Below, piece by piece: positions 1-16,481 of a stretch of 64,000 nucleotides of DNA (the first letter of the stretch is position 1; every line of letters begins with the position of its first letter). The translations under genes and the position numbers were made by a program. Origin of the DNA: Eledone cirrhosa (taxonomy: Eukaryota). The notes under the pieces were generated by a model. That model ran no database searches, had not been told where the DNA came from, and saw only the letters and a list, made by a program, of their open reading frames with translations. The stretch spans positions 34,534,001 to 34,598,000 of the forward strand of contig OZ024740.1 in NCBI GenBank assembly GCA_964016885.1, in the 5' to 3' direction.

Positions 1-79
1 TATATACTCTCCGAGGAAAACTTCAACCGATAAGGTATGTTCCTTGGCTATGTCAAAATTTATAAAATGCACTTTGTAT

Positions 80-138
80 TTTATCTGATGAAAGCGTACC
101 AATGTTTTTGGTACCCTTGAAATATATAATAGAATAAA
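80..138 (+). ncRNA. Degenerate minimal hammerhead-ribozyme motif, probably in a Penelope pLTR remnant
   Basis: CTGATGA (85-91), stem II AAGCGTACC/GGTACCCTT, GAAA, short AT-rich stem III and a weak stem I. A (TA)n tract follows at ~275. Confidence 0.4.
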
Positions 139-272
139 TATGGTTTTATAAATATAGTTTCCATTTATTTAATATCATTGAATATTATATACCAGAAAAA
201 CTGTCGAGTGCTCTGAATCAGTTATAAACATTTATATTTGTTGAATTACCAACAAATTGAATATCCCTTCTG

Positions 273-274
<2 letters not shown>

Positions 275-362
<88 letters not shown>

Positions 363-385
363 CATATATACATGTGTATGTATAA
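275..385. repeat. (TA)n microsatellite
   Basis: Direct sequence. Confidence 0.95.
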
Positions 386-736
386 ACGCGCGGACATAGA
401 AATAGTCGGGCTGGATACCCGATCGCGCGGTTAAACCACTGGGAGTGAAGGACCCCTAACCTTTGTCAGGGCATTCTTCTAGGAGAAGGCAACTCAGGAA
501 ACTGGGATAACTCTGACAAAAAACTTTGCGGCTGAGTAGTTACCGATGATGTTGACCTTTTCTTCTTTTCGGGTTATAGCTACTGTCGCTCAGAGAGTGG
601 GATTGGCTCAGTGCACAGTCTTTCCTCACTTAAAAGAAATCTTTAGGCACAGGCATTGCGCGATAGCATTAATTGATAATTATTGATAATGTTATATCGT
701 GCAATGGCCATACTCGATAACGAGGGGGCAGCCATC

Positions 737-769
<33 letters not shown>

Positions 770-1175
770 TGTATGTATGTATGTATGTATGTATGTATGT
801 ATGTATGTATGTATGTATGTACAACCTGTCTCATGGTCGGGTCGTTGGCGACTAAACTGGCAACCCCACCAAGGTTTCTTGATGAGGAGGGTGACTTTGG
901 ACATCCTGCAGGACTAAAAACAAAACCTGTCAAAGGGCAAAGGGGCTCTTAAGAGTCAATGGCCATCCAAAATCACCGGGAGAGATGACCCCTTAGCCTT
1001 TGTCAAGGCAGAATTCTAAGAGAAGGAAAACTCTGATATAACACCTGCAACTCTGATGGTATCCAATGATGTTGACTTGTTCTTCTTTTTGGTAAATATC
1101 ATCTTGGTTAAGAGAGTGAGACTGGCTTTGTGCAGAGTCTTTGCTCACTATAAAAGCTTCACGGTACAGGCATTG
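386..1175 (+). mobile_element. Two diverged copies (~386-660 and ~822-1175) of an interspersed repeat, possibly RTE 5'-UTR derived, separated by (ATGT)n
   Basis: Shared blocks GACCCCT.A.CCTTTGTCA.GGCA..TTCTA.GAGAAGG and CC.ATGATGTTGAC...TCTTCTTTT in both copies. Confidence 0.45.
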
Positions 1176-1678
1176 CTTTATATCTGGAGATCTATCTGCA
1201 CTTGTCGTCACATGGTACCATGATCCCAGCACTATGTGTCAATAATTGTTACAAGTGTAGTGTTTGTACTAGAGTTTTCAAGTCGCTGGCTGGACTAAAA
1301 AGTCACACTCGTTCAGCGCATCGGTAGGGGTTCTCCTACATGGATATAAAGTAGTGGCCATACTTGAAAACGAGTTAGCAGCCACCATGTATGTATGTAT
1401 GTATGTATGTATGTATGTATGTATGTATGTATGTATGTCGTTATTATTATTATTGTTATTATTATTATTGTTATTATTATTATGATTTTTTCGTGCAATG
1501 GCCATACTCGATAACAAGAGGGCAGCCATCATGTATGTATGTGTGTATGTATCTATGTATGTATGTGTGCGTTTAAGTAAATCTTTGGTGTGTTTGAACC
1601 ACATCATAATCTTATTTATTGTGACAAATCTTCAATGATTATGCCTGATTAATTTTCATAAAACCTTCACTGTTGTAG

Positions 1679-1804
1679 GTTTTGTCCAGCATAAGCTTCT
1701 TTGCAGAACCTGGTAAAATAGTTGCTTTGGTAGGATCCAGTGGTTGTGGTAAAAGCACAATAATAAAATTACTTCTACGACTTTACGATATAGAGAGTGG
1801 AAAG
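1679..1804 (+). CDS. ABCB1: ABCB1/MDR-like ABC transporter, NBD exon with Walker A
   Basis: tgtag| acceptor, 126 nt in phase 0 encoding [42 protein letters not shown], then |gtgagc donor. GSSGCGKST is the ABCB Walker A. Confidence 0.93.
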
Positions 1805-1979
1805 GTGAGCTATTGTTTTATATTTTTTGCCGATATATTTGTAAAAGAAATAATCCATTTTTGAATATATTTGAGGACAAGCATCAAAGAAGAAGCTACT
1901 TGGAAATTTAAAGACGAATAAATATATTTACAAATATTATGTTATCTTATATCATAACCAATCCCATAATAATTGTACT

Positions 1980-2185
1980 GTATGTATGTATGTATGTATG
2001 TATGTATGTATGTATGTATGTATGTATGTATGTATGTATGTATGTATGTGCAACACATGCAGAAACAATCTAAGTCCTTAAAAGCGTTAAAAGGTATGTT
2101 CGTGCCCCTCGTGTATAAGAAAAACGTTAAGAGATATATACATATACATATACATATACATACATATATATATACATATATACAT

Positions 2186-2276
<91 letters not shown>

Positions 2277-2463
2277 CATACACACACACATATATATACA
2301 AGCCGAAAACGCTTGGCACCGCGGTCAATATTTTACCTATCTCTCTCTCTGTACACACAGACCCCCCCCCCCCCCCCCACACACACATACCCACACAGAT
2401 ACATACACACATACACACAAATAATATTATATAATCTTATATAATGATACAATATAATATATG

Positions 2464-2515
<52 letters not shown>
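1980..2515. repeat. Compound (ATGT)n/(TA)n/(CA)n microsatellites
   Basis: Direct sequence; explains the YIYI/MYVC pseudo-ORFs. Confidence 0.9.
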
Positions 2516-2517
<2 letters not shown>

Positions 2518-3560
2518 AAAGACGTAAAATAAGAAAATATTTAAAAAAAAATTTTTAAAAAATTTTTTACTTACTTAAATTTTCACTCCAACTAATTAGT
2601 TTCTGCAATGGGATAAAGACAGTTACATAATCCAACTGTCGAGAATTCATTGCGTCATCAGGGAGTCTATTCTCAGCTGAGTTTCCAGGCAATGCGCGGA
2701 CACTGGCGGCTCATATAAAAATAATAATAATTCGGTAGAAAGAACAGCTGGCGAGGACTGGATTCTATGTACTGAAATTCTCACTGCTTCTAGTCAAATG
2801 GCCGATTCGGAGTGAAAATTTAAGTAAGTAAGTAAAAAATTTTTTAAAAATTTAAAAAAAAATATTTTCTTATTTTACGTCTTTTATATTATTGTTCTGC
2901 ACCCTCCTGCATTGAACCACCTAGGTACTATGAATAACCTGTGTATTTGCTGGCATGGACGAGCATCTGTGCGCCTATGTTAGTTGATATATTAAATTAT
3001 CTATATTTATCTCCAAATCACTGATTTGTCGAGCAAACCTGCCAAAACCACTTCTAAATTTTTTTTTGGGGTGTTAGTAGGCGTCAGTCATCTTACCATC
3101 CCATTCCTTCTAACTAGCCTCTATGTCACGTGATTGATTCTTTAGAATCGGCCATTTGACTAGAAGCAGTGAGAATTTCAGTACATAGAATCCAGTCCTC
3201 GCCAGCTGTTCTTTCTACCGAATTATTATTATTTTTATATGAGCCGCCAGTGTCCGCGCATTGCCTGGAGACTCAGCTGAGAATAGACTCCCTGATGACG
3301 CAATGAATTCTCGACAGTTGGATTATGTAACTGTCTTTATCCCATTGCAGAAACTAATTAGTTGGAGTGAAAATTTAAGTAAGTAAGTAAAAATTTTTTT
3401 AAACATTTAAAAAAAAATATTTTCTTATTTTACGTCTTTTATATTATTGTTCTGCACCCTCCTGCATTGAACCACCTAGGTACTATGACATAACCTGTGT
3501 ATTTGCTGGCATGGACGTGCATCTGTGCGCCTATGTTAGTTGATATATTAAATTATCTAT
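2514..3560 (+). mobile_element. Non-autonomous Penelope-like / retrozyme-like element: inverted pLTR plus partial tandem, no ORF
   Basis: 2514-2808 is the reverse complement of ~3145-3443. 2809-~3005 is a direct repeat of 3364-~3560. Flanked by (TA)n and carries a hammerhead core. Confidence 0.75.
3287..3368 (+). ncRNA. Minimal type I hammerhead ribozyme (predicted)
   Basis: Stem I ACTCC/GGAGT, CTGATGA 3292-3298, stem II GCAATG/CATTGC with inner hairpin GACAGTT/AACTGTC, then GAAAC-TAATTA-GTT. Cleavage predicted after 3363. An antisense copy lies at ~2585-2666. Confidence 0.7.
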
Positions 3561-3581
3561 ATATATATATATATATATATA

Positions 3582-4025
3582 AAGGATAACAAAATATCGT
3601 TATAGGTAATCCAGTTAGAGGTTGTTAATACTTCTTATTATGGATAGTTTTAGAGTACGGCGTTGTTTGACTCAACAAGAGGTTTACGTAGATGGCGAGT
3701 TTATGATTTCACTTGTATTCCTATGTAAGTATATCTTGGAGTAATAAAATTGAAAAAGTGAAGAATAACATGGTCAACAGTACAAAAAAGGGATTTATTT
3801 ACAGTCTGACAATTGTTTCACTGATTAAGTTGTCTAAACATTGGTGAACATTTAAAGCAGTGTCACTTAATTTCAAATACGATGTTAGCTTAACCAGATC
3901 ATCGGAGATAACTTTAAATGTTCATCAATATTTAGACAACTTAATCAGTGAAACAATTGTCAGACTGTAAATAAATCCCTTTTTTGTACTGTTGGCAATG
4001 TTATTCTTCACTTTTTCAGTTTTAT
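3582..4025 (-). mobile_element. Penelope-like pLTR fragment with partial inverted copy
   Basis: Near-identical to 6432-6760. ~3747-3855 is inverted at ~3913-4022. Minus strand reads CCGATGA...GAAACAATTGTCAGACTGT. (TA)n flanks. Confidence 0.65.
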
Positions 4026-4045
4026 ATATATATATATATATATAT

Positions 4046-5540
4046 AAACTTTTGAATTTGTAAAGCCAAAACAATGCAGGTATGGAAATAGAATAAAAAA
4101 TGCAAATGCAAAAGATATTGTTGACAATTAGTCTTTTACCTTAGATTTATTTAAATGTCCTTAATTTTCGAGATAACATCTCTTCTTCGGAGGGAAGTAA
4201 AGTGGTTAAACCAGTGTTCTAAGTAGCTTGCCAAGTCATGCTGACAGGAAATGGTATAGAGTATCTGTTCTATCTCTAATGTCAAAGAGTTAAGGTTAGG
4301 TGCTTCACCTTCCACCACTCACACATACAGACAGACAACAGGATTACCCATGGGATCCAGCCTATCGGGCCTGCTGGCCATCACCTATATGAACCAGATA
4401 GAATGCCGAGCCCTCACACCTGCCATTCCCATACCTTCTTCACCCGATATGTAGATGACATACTCATCCTTACATCATCCCATGAGGAGGCGGATAAAAT
4501 AAACACAACATTCTCCAGCATGGACGCCAGTATAAAGTTCAGCATGGAACACCCCGATGACCGCGGATCCCTATCCCTACTGGACTTCCAACTCAGGGTA
4601 ACAGAGGAAGGCAACATCCACACCTGCTTCTATAAAAAAGCCGCCAGTAGGGACCTGTTCGTAAATTTCAGATCGGCCCTCCCAGCCGGCGCTAAGTTCG
4701 GATACATAAGGAACGAACTAACACGTATCCGGAACAAATGCACCGACGCTAGAGACCGAGACACACACACCACACATTTCCTGGAAGTACTCAAACTGAA
4801 CGGATACACGACATCCACCACAAACCGTGCCAGAAAGAACAGAAGACACCACACCCGAGGCACTAACACTTGCTTCCTGAAGCTCCCACACTTCAGTGAC
4901 GAAACAACAACAGCCATCTGCAGAGCTATCAGACGAGAGGGACTAGATATCCAACTAGCCAACTCACGACTTTCTCTACGCGGACAGCTAACCAAAAGAC
5001 ACTCCACCAGACATGACAATTGCTGCAGGCTAGCCAACTGCCCCAGGCTAGCCAACTGCCCCATCAACGACACAGACCTATGCCACCAGGCTTACGTCGC
5101 ATATAGATTAGAGTGCGACAAATGCAGCAATTTTTACGTAGGCAGCACCACCAGACCACTCCACATAAGAATATAAGAACACCTCAATACTAACGCTTCC
5201 TCATTTAAGAAACACCTAGTGAAATGCAAAAACACCGACAAAACCATAACAGTTAGGATAGAAACTAAGGAAAGAAACCTCGGCAATCTTAGAATTAAGG
5301 AAGCACTAATTATAGAAAAAACACAACCACCAATCAATAATAGACTAGAATTCAACACCCAATTTATAACTTGATAGAGCATCTAGCCCCATACTTACAC
5401 ACCCCTCCACACACACGCACACACACACACACACGCACTTATACCTCCACTTATTCTCTCTCTCACACACACATACATGCACAAAGATCAGTTCTAACAC
5501 GAGAGAACATCTATCCCCCACATTTACGTATAGACATATC

Positions 5541-5609
<69 letters not shown>

Positions 5610-5948
5610 TTACACATTCACGCATTCTCCCACACACTTAAACAGACATGTACCAAAAAAAACCTTTTAAAGGGAGACTACTCTTTATCCACCTAACCTT
5701 AACTCTTTGACATTAGAGATAGAACAGATACTCTATACCATTTCCTGTCAGCATGACTTGGCAAGCTATTTAGAACACTGGTTTAACCACTTTACTTCCC
5801 TCCGAAGAAGAGATATTATCTCGAAAATTAAGGACATTTAAATAAATCTAAGGTAAAAGACTAATTGTCAACAATATCTTTTGCATTTGCATTTTTTATT
5901 CTATGTCCATACCTGCATTGTTTTGGCTTTACAAATTCAAACGTTTAT
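4046..5948 (+). mobile_element. 5'-truncated Penelope-like retroelement (RT + GIY-YIG) with inverted 5' pLTR
   Basis: ORF 4403-5176 has RYVDD, LSLLDF and AYVAYRLECDKCSNFYVGST. GLPMGSSLSG lies upstream in another frame, and EALII follows a premature stop. 4046-4302 is the reverse complement of 5690-5948. Confidence 0.9.
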
Positions 5949-6054
5949 ACCTTATTACACAATGCTTCAAGTGAACTATAACTTCCTCCCCTATATATAT
6001 ATATATAATATATATATATATACACACATAATATATAATATATATATAAAAATC

Positions 6055-6275
6055 ACACAGTCCACGCTGTAATGTGGCCGTGTAGGTAACACGGTAAAAA
6101 GCTCCCAGTCCACACTGTAAATGTGGTTGGTGTTAGGAACGGCATCCAGCCGTAGAAAACCTGCCAGATAGTCCTATACGAGGGAGATAGGTCACTCGAC
6201 CAATCTTGCCTTAAGTGGGACAATTCCCGTCTAACCCATACTAGCGTGGAAGATAGACGTTAAACGATGATGATG

Positions 6276-6277
<2 letters not shown>
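6055..6277 (+). mobile_element. 3' fragment of the RTE LINE family found at 57095-61302
   Basis: Matches the reverse complement of ~57095-57330 and ends GACGTTAAACGATGATGATG. Confidence 0.8.
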
Positions 6278-6325
<48 letters not shown>

Positions 6326-6360
6326 CTCCCGAATGAAACATTTCTAGTCCCGTAGAAGCC

Positions 6361-8411
<2,051 letters not shown>

Positions 8412-8574
8412 TATGTGTGTGTGTGTCTTTTCATGTATTCTGTGAGCAGTACAAATATATGTGAGTTTCCTGTCAAAGTTTTTCCTTATATATATATGTT
8501 CATTATGAAGGTGGGATTCAACGGGGGAAGATTTAACTGAATTTTTCTGACAGTGTGTTAGGGAAAATTGAGCC

Positions 8575-9840
8575 CATCCTAATCAACAAAAGGATATTTC
8601 AAGGAAACACCACTGGTTTTCTGCCCAGCACTGAGACCATTATCTGACACAATAAGCAGAACTGAATCAAGGAATAAATGTTATAAGAAAATTAATCATG
8701 TCCTATAAATGGATGCAGAAGAGAGAAATCCCCCAAACACTGTACGGGAGTCAGGCAACTCTGAAGAGAGGAAAACTAGTAAAACCACTAATATCATGCT
8801 AGATAAAGAAACTGAGATAAAAGAATTAGATCAAACACAAACATACAAATACTTAGGAATCAACGAATTAGAGAGGATTCAACACACGCAGATGAAAGAA
8901 AAGATTAAAAAGGAATACTATAGATGGATTATATTACTACTTAAAACAGAACTAAATTCAAAGAATAGGGTAATAGGCATCAACACTAGTGATCTCAGTG
9001 ATAATCTACAGTTTAAACATTCTGAATTGGACACTAAAAGAACTAGCTGAAATAGACAGAAAACACGAGAAAAATAATGACTGCATTTAGAATACACCGA
9101 TCAAAATCAGATGAAGAAAGATTATACCTACCACGAACATAGAGAGAAAGGGCCCTTATGCAACTAGAAAACTATTATAAAATATCTACTGTAGGACTAT
9201 AAAATGATTTAATGAAGAATAATGGATAATTAATATAAATAGTCATGAAACATGAACAAAAAAAAAAAAAATACAACAAACAAACAAAAACAAACAATTT
9301 TCTACGTTCAAGGAAGCCAAAACATTCAAAATAGATGCCGAATTGACAAATAATGTGAGAAAAATGGAAACAGAAAAAACAGCAACAGAAACTGTGAAAA
9401 AGATAAAATCCAAATTGAAAACAGATCTCCAGAATGCTATGCTAAAAGGAAAAATTCCTAATTGGTCAGTGAAAAAAACTGAATAGGGAGGAAGTGGACA
9501 AAATTCACAAAACTGGTTAAGAAACATTGGACTAAAAACCTTGATTGAAAGATTTTTAATCGCAGCGCACGATCAAAGCCTCCCCGACAGAACCCGCCAA
9601 AACTACAGATGAAACAGAAAACAGCAAGTAACTGCAGAATATGAGAGGGCGATAGTGGTGTTGGGAAAGAAACAATTAACTCATTATCTTTGGCTGTCCT
9701 GTCTTTGTCAAAAAATAATATATATACAGATACGATAGAGTTGGGATCTACATACACTGGAAGTTATACCAGCACTACGAAATACCAACAGAAAAAAGGT
9801 GGTACAAACATACACAAGAAAAGGTGTCAGAGAATGATAA
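8575..9840 (+). mobile_element. Degenerate Dong/R4-clade non-LTR retrotransposon fragment
   Basis: GIFQG, QTYKYLGINE, KEKIKKEYYR, LIAAHDQSL and RHDRVG-like remnants, homologous to ORF 19372-21216; many stops. Confidence 0.75.
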
Positions 9841-9894
9841 GTTGATCGATATCTAATATTTCTTTTTGGCTTGCAATCTTAACAAAGCAGGAGT

Positions 9895-10111
9895 TGTTAG
9901 TGCTTTTGTATCGGTTGAGCGTCGAACAAAATGCTGTGTAGCATATAGTTACGGCCCTTTACGTTCTGAGTTCAAATTCCACCGAGGTTAGTTTTGCCTT
10001 TCATCCTTATAGGGTCGATAAAATAAAGTACCAGTAACGCACTGGGGTCGATTTAGTCGATTTCCCCTCCCCCAAATTGTTGGCCCTGTGCCTAAATCAA
10101 AAACCATTATT
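9895..10111 (+). mobile_element. tRNA-derived SINE
   Basis: B-box GAGTTCAAATTCC, body GCCTTTCATCCTTA.GGGTCGATAAAATAAAGTACCAG, ATT tail; at least ten copies in the window. Confidence 0.8.
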
Positions 10112-10139
10112 GTGTTTTAAGTTCATGTTTTATTCCCCC

Positions 10140-10492
10140 TTTTCTTTAGTGCCTGCCAAATTGTAAATGTCTGAGTTTTAGTCCCCTTTTTTACTTCAGC
10201 TCCTGTGTTAGCCTCCTTTTTTCTTTAGCCTCTGTGTTAGCCTCTTTTTTCTTTAGTACTTATGTTAGCCCCTTTTTTATCAAATGTCCGAGTTTTATTT
10301 TAGCCACTACGTTAGCTCTGTTTTCTTTAGTCACTGTGCTATCCCTTTTTTACTTTATTCCCTGTTTAGCCCTCTTTTTTCTTTAGTCCTTATGTTATCC
10401 CTTTTATTTACTTTAGTCCCAATTTAGCCATCCTTTTCTTTAGTCCCTGTGTTAGCCGTCTTTTTGTCAAATTGTAAATGTCTGAGTTTGTT
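10140..10492. repeat. Degenerate ~28-30 bp minisatellite (GTGTTAGCC...TTTTCTTTAG)
   Basis: Recurring motif, bracketed by a direct repeat CAAATTGTAAATGTCTGAGTTT. Confidence 0.7.
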
Positions 10493-10550
10493 TAATCATC
10501 TTTCTTCTATCTTTTTTGATTTTTCCAATAAGGAAGATGGATGTTTGAGA

Positions 10551-11190
10551 ATATATGTGTACACAATGAAAATTATGTGTACACAATATAACTATGTGTA
10601 CACAGTGAAAATTATGTGTACACAATATAACTATGTGTACACAGTGAAAGTATGTGTTTACAATGAAAATATGTGTATATGATAAACATATGTGTTCATA
10701 ATAAGAATGTGTACACAATAAAACTGTTTACAAGATAAGAATATGTGTACACAAAAAAATATATATACACAATATAAATGTGTACACAATAAAAATATGT
10801 GTACACAATATAAATGTGTACACAATATAAATGTGTACATAATAAAAATATGTGTACACGATAAAACTATGTGTACACGATTAAATGTGTATACAGAATA
10901 ACAAGTGTACAAAATAATATATGTACAGAATAAAAATGTGTGTAGATAATGAAAATGTGTGTACACAATAAAAATATGTGTACACAATAAAAATGTGTGT
11001 AGATAATGAAAATGTGTGTACACAATAAAAATATGTGTACACAATAAAAATATGTGTACATAATGAAAATATGTGTACACAATAAAAATGTGTACACGAT
11101 AAAAATATGTGTACATAATGAAAATATGTGTACACAATAAAAATATGTGTACATAATGAAAATATGTGTACATAATGAAACATGTATATA
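10551..11190. repeat. ~19-21 bp minisatellite (AATATGTGTACACAATAAA)
   Basis: Tandem units with palindromic TGTGTACACA core. Confidence 0.9.
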
Positions 11191-12529
11191 TAATAAAGAA
11201 AAAGCTCAAGAGCGAACCCTATTTTATCCCAGGATAATGGGAGGGACGTTAAAATATTCCGAAGTTTTACTATGGTAAAACAAACATCTTCATTAGATAA
11301 TCCTGGGAGAAAATATCTAGAGAAATGCATACCTCCACAGAAAAACGACGACGGCGACAACGTTGACAATTACGACGACGATAATGAGGAATACATCCTG
11401 TTATATGTAACTAAGCGGTTTCTGTTAAATATTTGGAAAATTACGCATCTACGTCAGAAAACCAAGCAGTTAATGAATTATAGGTCAACGGAATAATGTT
11501 TAAAGGATGTACACTTTCACATCTTTTTATTGCATGAAAACAAAAATGTCTTTAAACAAATGTTACACCAGCTGTTATTTCAAGTTGAAGAAGGTAACAA
11601 GATCGGTCAATGTATCTTTATGACATTTGGTCATTCAGTTGTTCATGTGTGTAAAGATTTAAGGATGGTAGGTAGCATATTCAACTGGGTGATGTCTAAA
11701 AACATCTGACCGATAAAATGACAAGTCAGTCAATGATATTGGTGGCCTCCCCACAGTCCCGGCGCACAGAATGGGGAAGGCATTTAAATGTGTCAAGTTG
11801 ATTGATATCCGAGAGTTGTTTTCTCAGATTGAATTTAACCAAAAAAAATGTGCTTCGATATCGATTACAGTCCGAAGGCGAGAGTGCAAACGAGAACGAA
11901 AAGAGAAGAGAACTATTCTGCTTAAGATATGAAATATGACACAGATATTTAATATCTGCCGACTATGTTAAGGAGTTAACGATCACTTGTTAAGGAACAC
12001 GGATGAAATATCTTGGTAGAATGATACTCATGTGTTAACAAGTCTGTCTTAACGACAAGCTTAACAGTTTTTGGTAAATATCAAAACAAAAATAGAAACG
12101 TCTGTTTTTACAAAAACTATATTTGGTAGATTGTTATTGTTGTTTAGCCCAAAGTCAGCTCCAGGGAAGCAGAATTATGTTCAAAGAACTTCTAACCATG
12201 ACTATCCTGTCTTTCATTTTCAGATTATATTATCTTATGTATCGTTTTGAAGACATTTGGATATGATTGGAGGGATTTTTGTTACTATTTTAAACAAGTC
12301 TATCTATTACATAGAGGCCCTCTCGCTATTTACCTCATCGTTTTACAATTATGAATTTGAATTTTTCATGAATAGATATTTAGCCAGGGACATTATGGTG
12401 ATGGTATTACTGTTATATTATTAATATTGCATATAATGCTCAAACCAAGTTAGCGCTGAGTGATTTATGCTCCGTACTTAACAAATAGTTCATCCCAAAC
12501 ATCTTTACTGCTGCATGAGAGTTAAATTA

Positions 12530-12839
12530 ATCTAAATAGAATATACATGCCCAAATTCGATTAAAACGTACCCCATTTCACAAATGGTTGTGAATACACT
12601 GTGTTGTCTATATATTCCTTAAAGGATCGATCGACTTTCGTCAAATCGGACCGAGGAAACAATGTTTCCGTTGGTCTTTCCAGTTGCTAGTACTATCTAT
12701 CGGTTGCAACTCCAGATAGAAGGAGCAACATGAAATAAAGTATCTTGTTCAAGGACATAATGCATCGCCCGGTCCAGGAATCGAACTCACAACCTCAAGA
12801 TTGTGAATCCAATTCTCTAACCACTCAGCCACACGCCTT
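12530..12839 (-). mobile_element. tRNA-derived SINE, second family
   Basis: Minus strand has A-box TGGCTGAGTGG and B-box GTTCGATTCC, followed by TCCTTGAACAAGATACTTTA. Confidence 0.7.
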
Positions 12840-12989
12840 CACATTAAAGAGGCTTTTATTGTTGCTGTTCATCTTCCCCCGTATCCCGTGTTGAGCTCAT
12901 TCGATATTGGAAAGAGAGCAAAACCTTTCTGCAATCAATCGAAGCAGTGCTTAGATCTTTCGTTTAGGGCCGACAATTTTCTAGAATCA

Positions 12990-13350
12990 TCTTATTAATT
13001 AATAGTTGGTCTTTTCACCCATGTGAGTGCCACTTTTCTCATTTTTGTTTTTGTAGAATGATTTCATTTTCATCAATTTATTTGTATATCCATAAGTTGT
13101 AGTGAGACAAGTTATTGGCCTTTAGTTGTTTTGTGGAGGTGTGTTGTGTCTTCTGTCGACCATTTCAGGGTTTTGTTCGGATTTTGTATTATAGGCGTAA
13201 TTTCACTAGCAAGTTCTTTATGCAACCCTGTAAGTGCATTTAACAAAAAGTTAGGAATTTGGCTTATTTCAAGTGATTTCCATTTATCTACTTTACTAAG
13301 TGCCAATCTTAGTACTCACAGCTCTATTTTTTGCCATTCCTAATGGTTAA
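12990..13350 (-). mobile_element. Degenerate Dong/R4-like RT N-terminal fragment
   Basis: ALSKVDKWKS...IPNFLL..LTGLH resembles the WKxPGxDxI region; QLLINK follows. Confidence 0.5.
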
Positions 13351-13364
13351 TATCTCACATGGAT

Positions 13365-14995
<1,631 letters not shown>

Positions 14996-15022
14996 TAATA
15001 ATAATAGTTATTATTATTATAG

Positions 15023-16302
15023 TTGCATTTATCTTGCTTTATGTTCATACGAGTTATCACCAAGTCACAACCAGTGACCTCAAGAGACAACAAGGTCCGC
15101 CATGTTCAAGAAAGAACATACATACTCACACATGCATCTTTAGGTGTTTAGACTTGTGATGTACTTATATTGACAGAATCTTCCTTAGTATATGGGCAGT
15201 TCCCATTAGTACTATCTTTTGTATTTCTCCTATACGCGGGTTTCCTGGGATTTGCGATATGTAATCATTAGACCCCTTAGGTATCATTCCCAGAGCGCCT
15301 ACAACCACTGGTATTGTTTTAGTTCTCAATTTCCACATTTTTCCAATTTCTATCTCCAGGTCCTTATACTTGCTCAATTTTTCAAATGTTTTTATAGATA
15401 CATTCTTGTCTATTGGAACGGACATATCAATTAGCAAGCATACCCTCTTTTGAAAGTCCTTCAATATCATATCAGGTCTATTTGCATCTATTTTTCGGTC
15501 TGTTTGGATGCTAAAGTTCCACAAGATTGAGATGTGATCTTTTTCAAGTATGGGAAGTGGTTGATGCTCCCACCAATTCTTTTGATGGGGCAGGTCAAAA
15601 TGTTTACACATTATCCAATGTATGTATTGTGCAGATCTGTCATGCCTGTTTAGGTATTCGGTTGGAGCTATAGGACTGCACATTGAAATTATATGGTCAA
15701 TGGTCTCTGGTTGTTTTTTGCATACACGGCATAATGGGCTGCACCCATTTTTTATTATGTTGGCTTGGTAATTTTTTGTTGGCAGACACTGATCTTGTGC
15801 TGATATAATCAGTCCTTCAGTCTCCGATTTCAGTCCAGAGGATGCCAACCACTGATGGGTTAAAGTTTTGTCAACATCAGGATTGTTAGCTCGCTCTGGG
15901 TATTTTCCATACAGAGGCTTTTCTTGCCATTTCTTAGCCAGTTTCTGTAGCAGTTCTTTCTTTGCAGTTACTTTTACCTGCTTTGCTTTTTCTGTGTTTT
16001 CCATTTCAGCAGTAAATGGGACTTCTGAAATTTGTAGTCCATTACTGTATCTTTGTGCATCTTTTGTAATGGAATATGATCTTTTGATGCTTTCGTATTT
16101 CAAAACGAGTTTGATCATCCAATCATGTGATTCCCTTAGATAAGTAGATAATCCAATTGTTGCAGTTTTCAACGCAATGTCTAACTGGATTAACCCACGT
16201 CCTCCTTCTTTCCTAGGGAGATATATTCTATCTATATCTGCCTTAGGGTGATGCATTCTGAGCATGGTTAAGAATTTTAGAATTTTTGTATCGAGCCTAC
16301 GG

Positions 16303-16303
<1 letters not shown>
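15023..16303 (-). mobile_element. 5'-truncated Dong/R4-clade retrotransposon (CCHC + restriction-like endonuclease) in (TAA)n
   Basis: CRVC..ETIDHIISMC, RHD, RPDMILKD...LIDMSVP...KLSKY. Both ends abut (TAA)n. Near-identical to 19166-20443. Confidence 0.9.
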
Positions 16304-16374
<71 letters not shown>

Positions 16375-16481
16375 GGGGAATTTGTTATTGTTTCTTTTTT
16401 GTTACATCCTCTGTTTTTGTTTTTTTTACACGCAGAAATGCCCATGTGTACCGTCCTGTATTGTCCTGTGCTGTCCTTAAT
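16375..16481 (+). mobile_element. Tx1-like 3' UTR fragment, resumes at 18779-18820
   Basis: Matches ~36295-36395; the continuation GTTATACTTTATGTCAA...AATAAAGAAAGCATT is displaced to 18779. Confidence 0.75.

Noticed and set aside
643-2434. ORFs rich in MYVC/HTYI/YIYI
   Set aside because: Translations of (ATGT)n and (TA)n microsatellites, not genes.
9960-9990. tRNA genes suggested by B-box motifs here and in similar copies
   Set aside because: They belong to SINE heads followed by a shared SINE body and tail.
10449-11369. Cys/His-rich repetitive ORFs
   Set aside because: Read-through of a ~20-bp minisatellite.
16304-16445. Poly-Ile N-terminus of the 426-aa ORF
   Set aside because: Stop-free frame of the (ATA)n target tract plus antisense Tx1 UTR, fused to a truncated Dong element.
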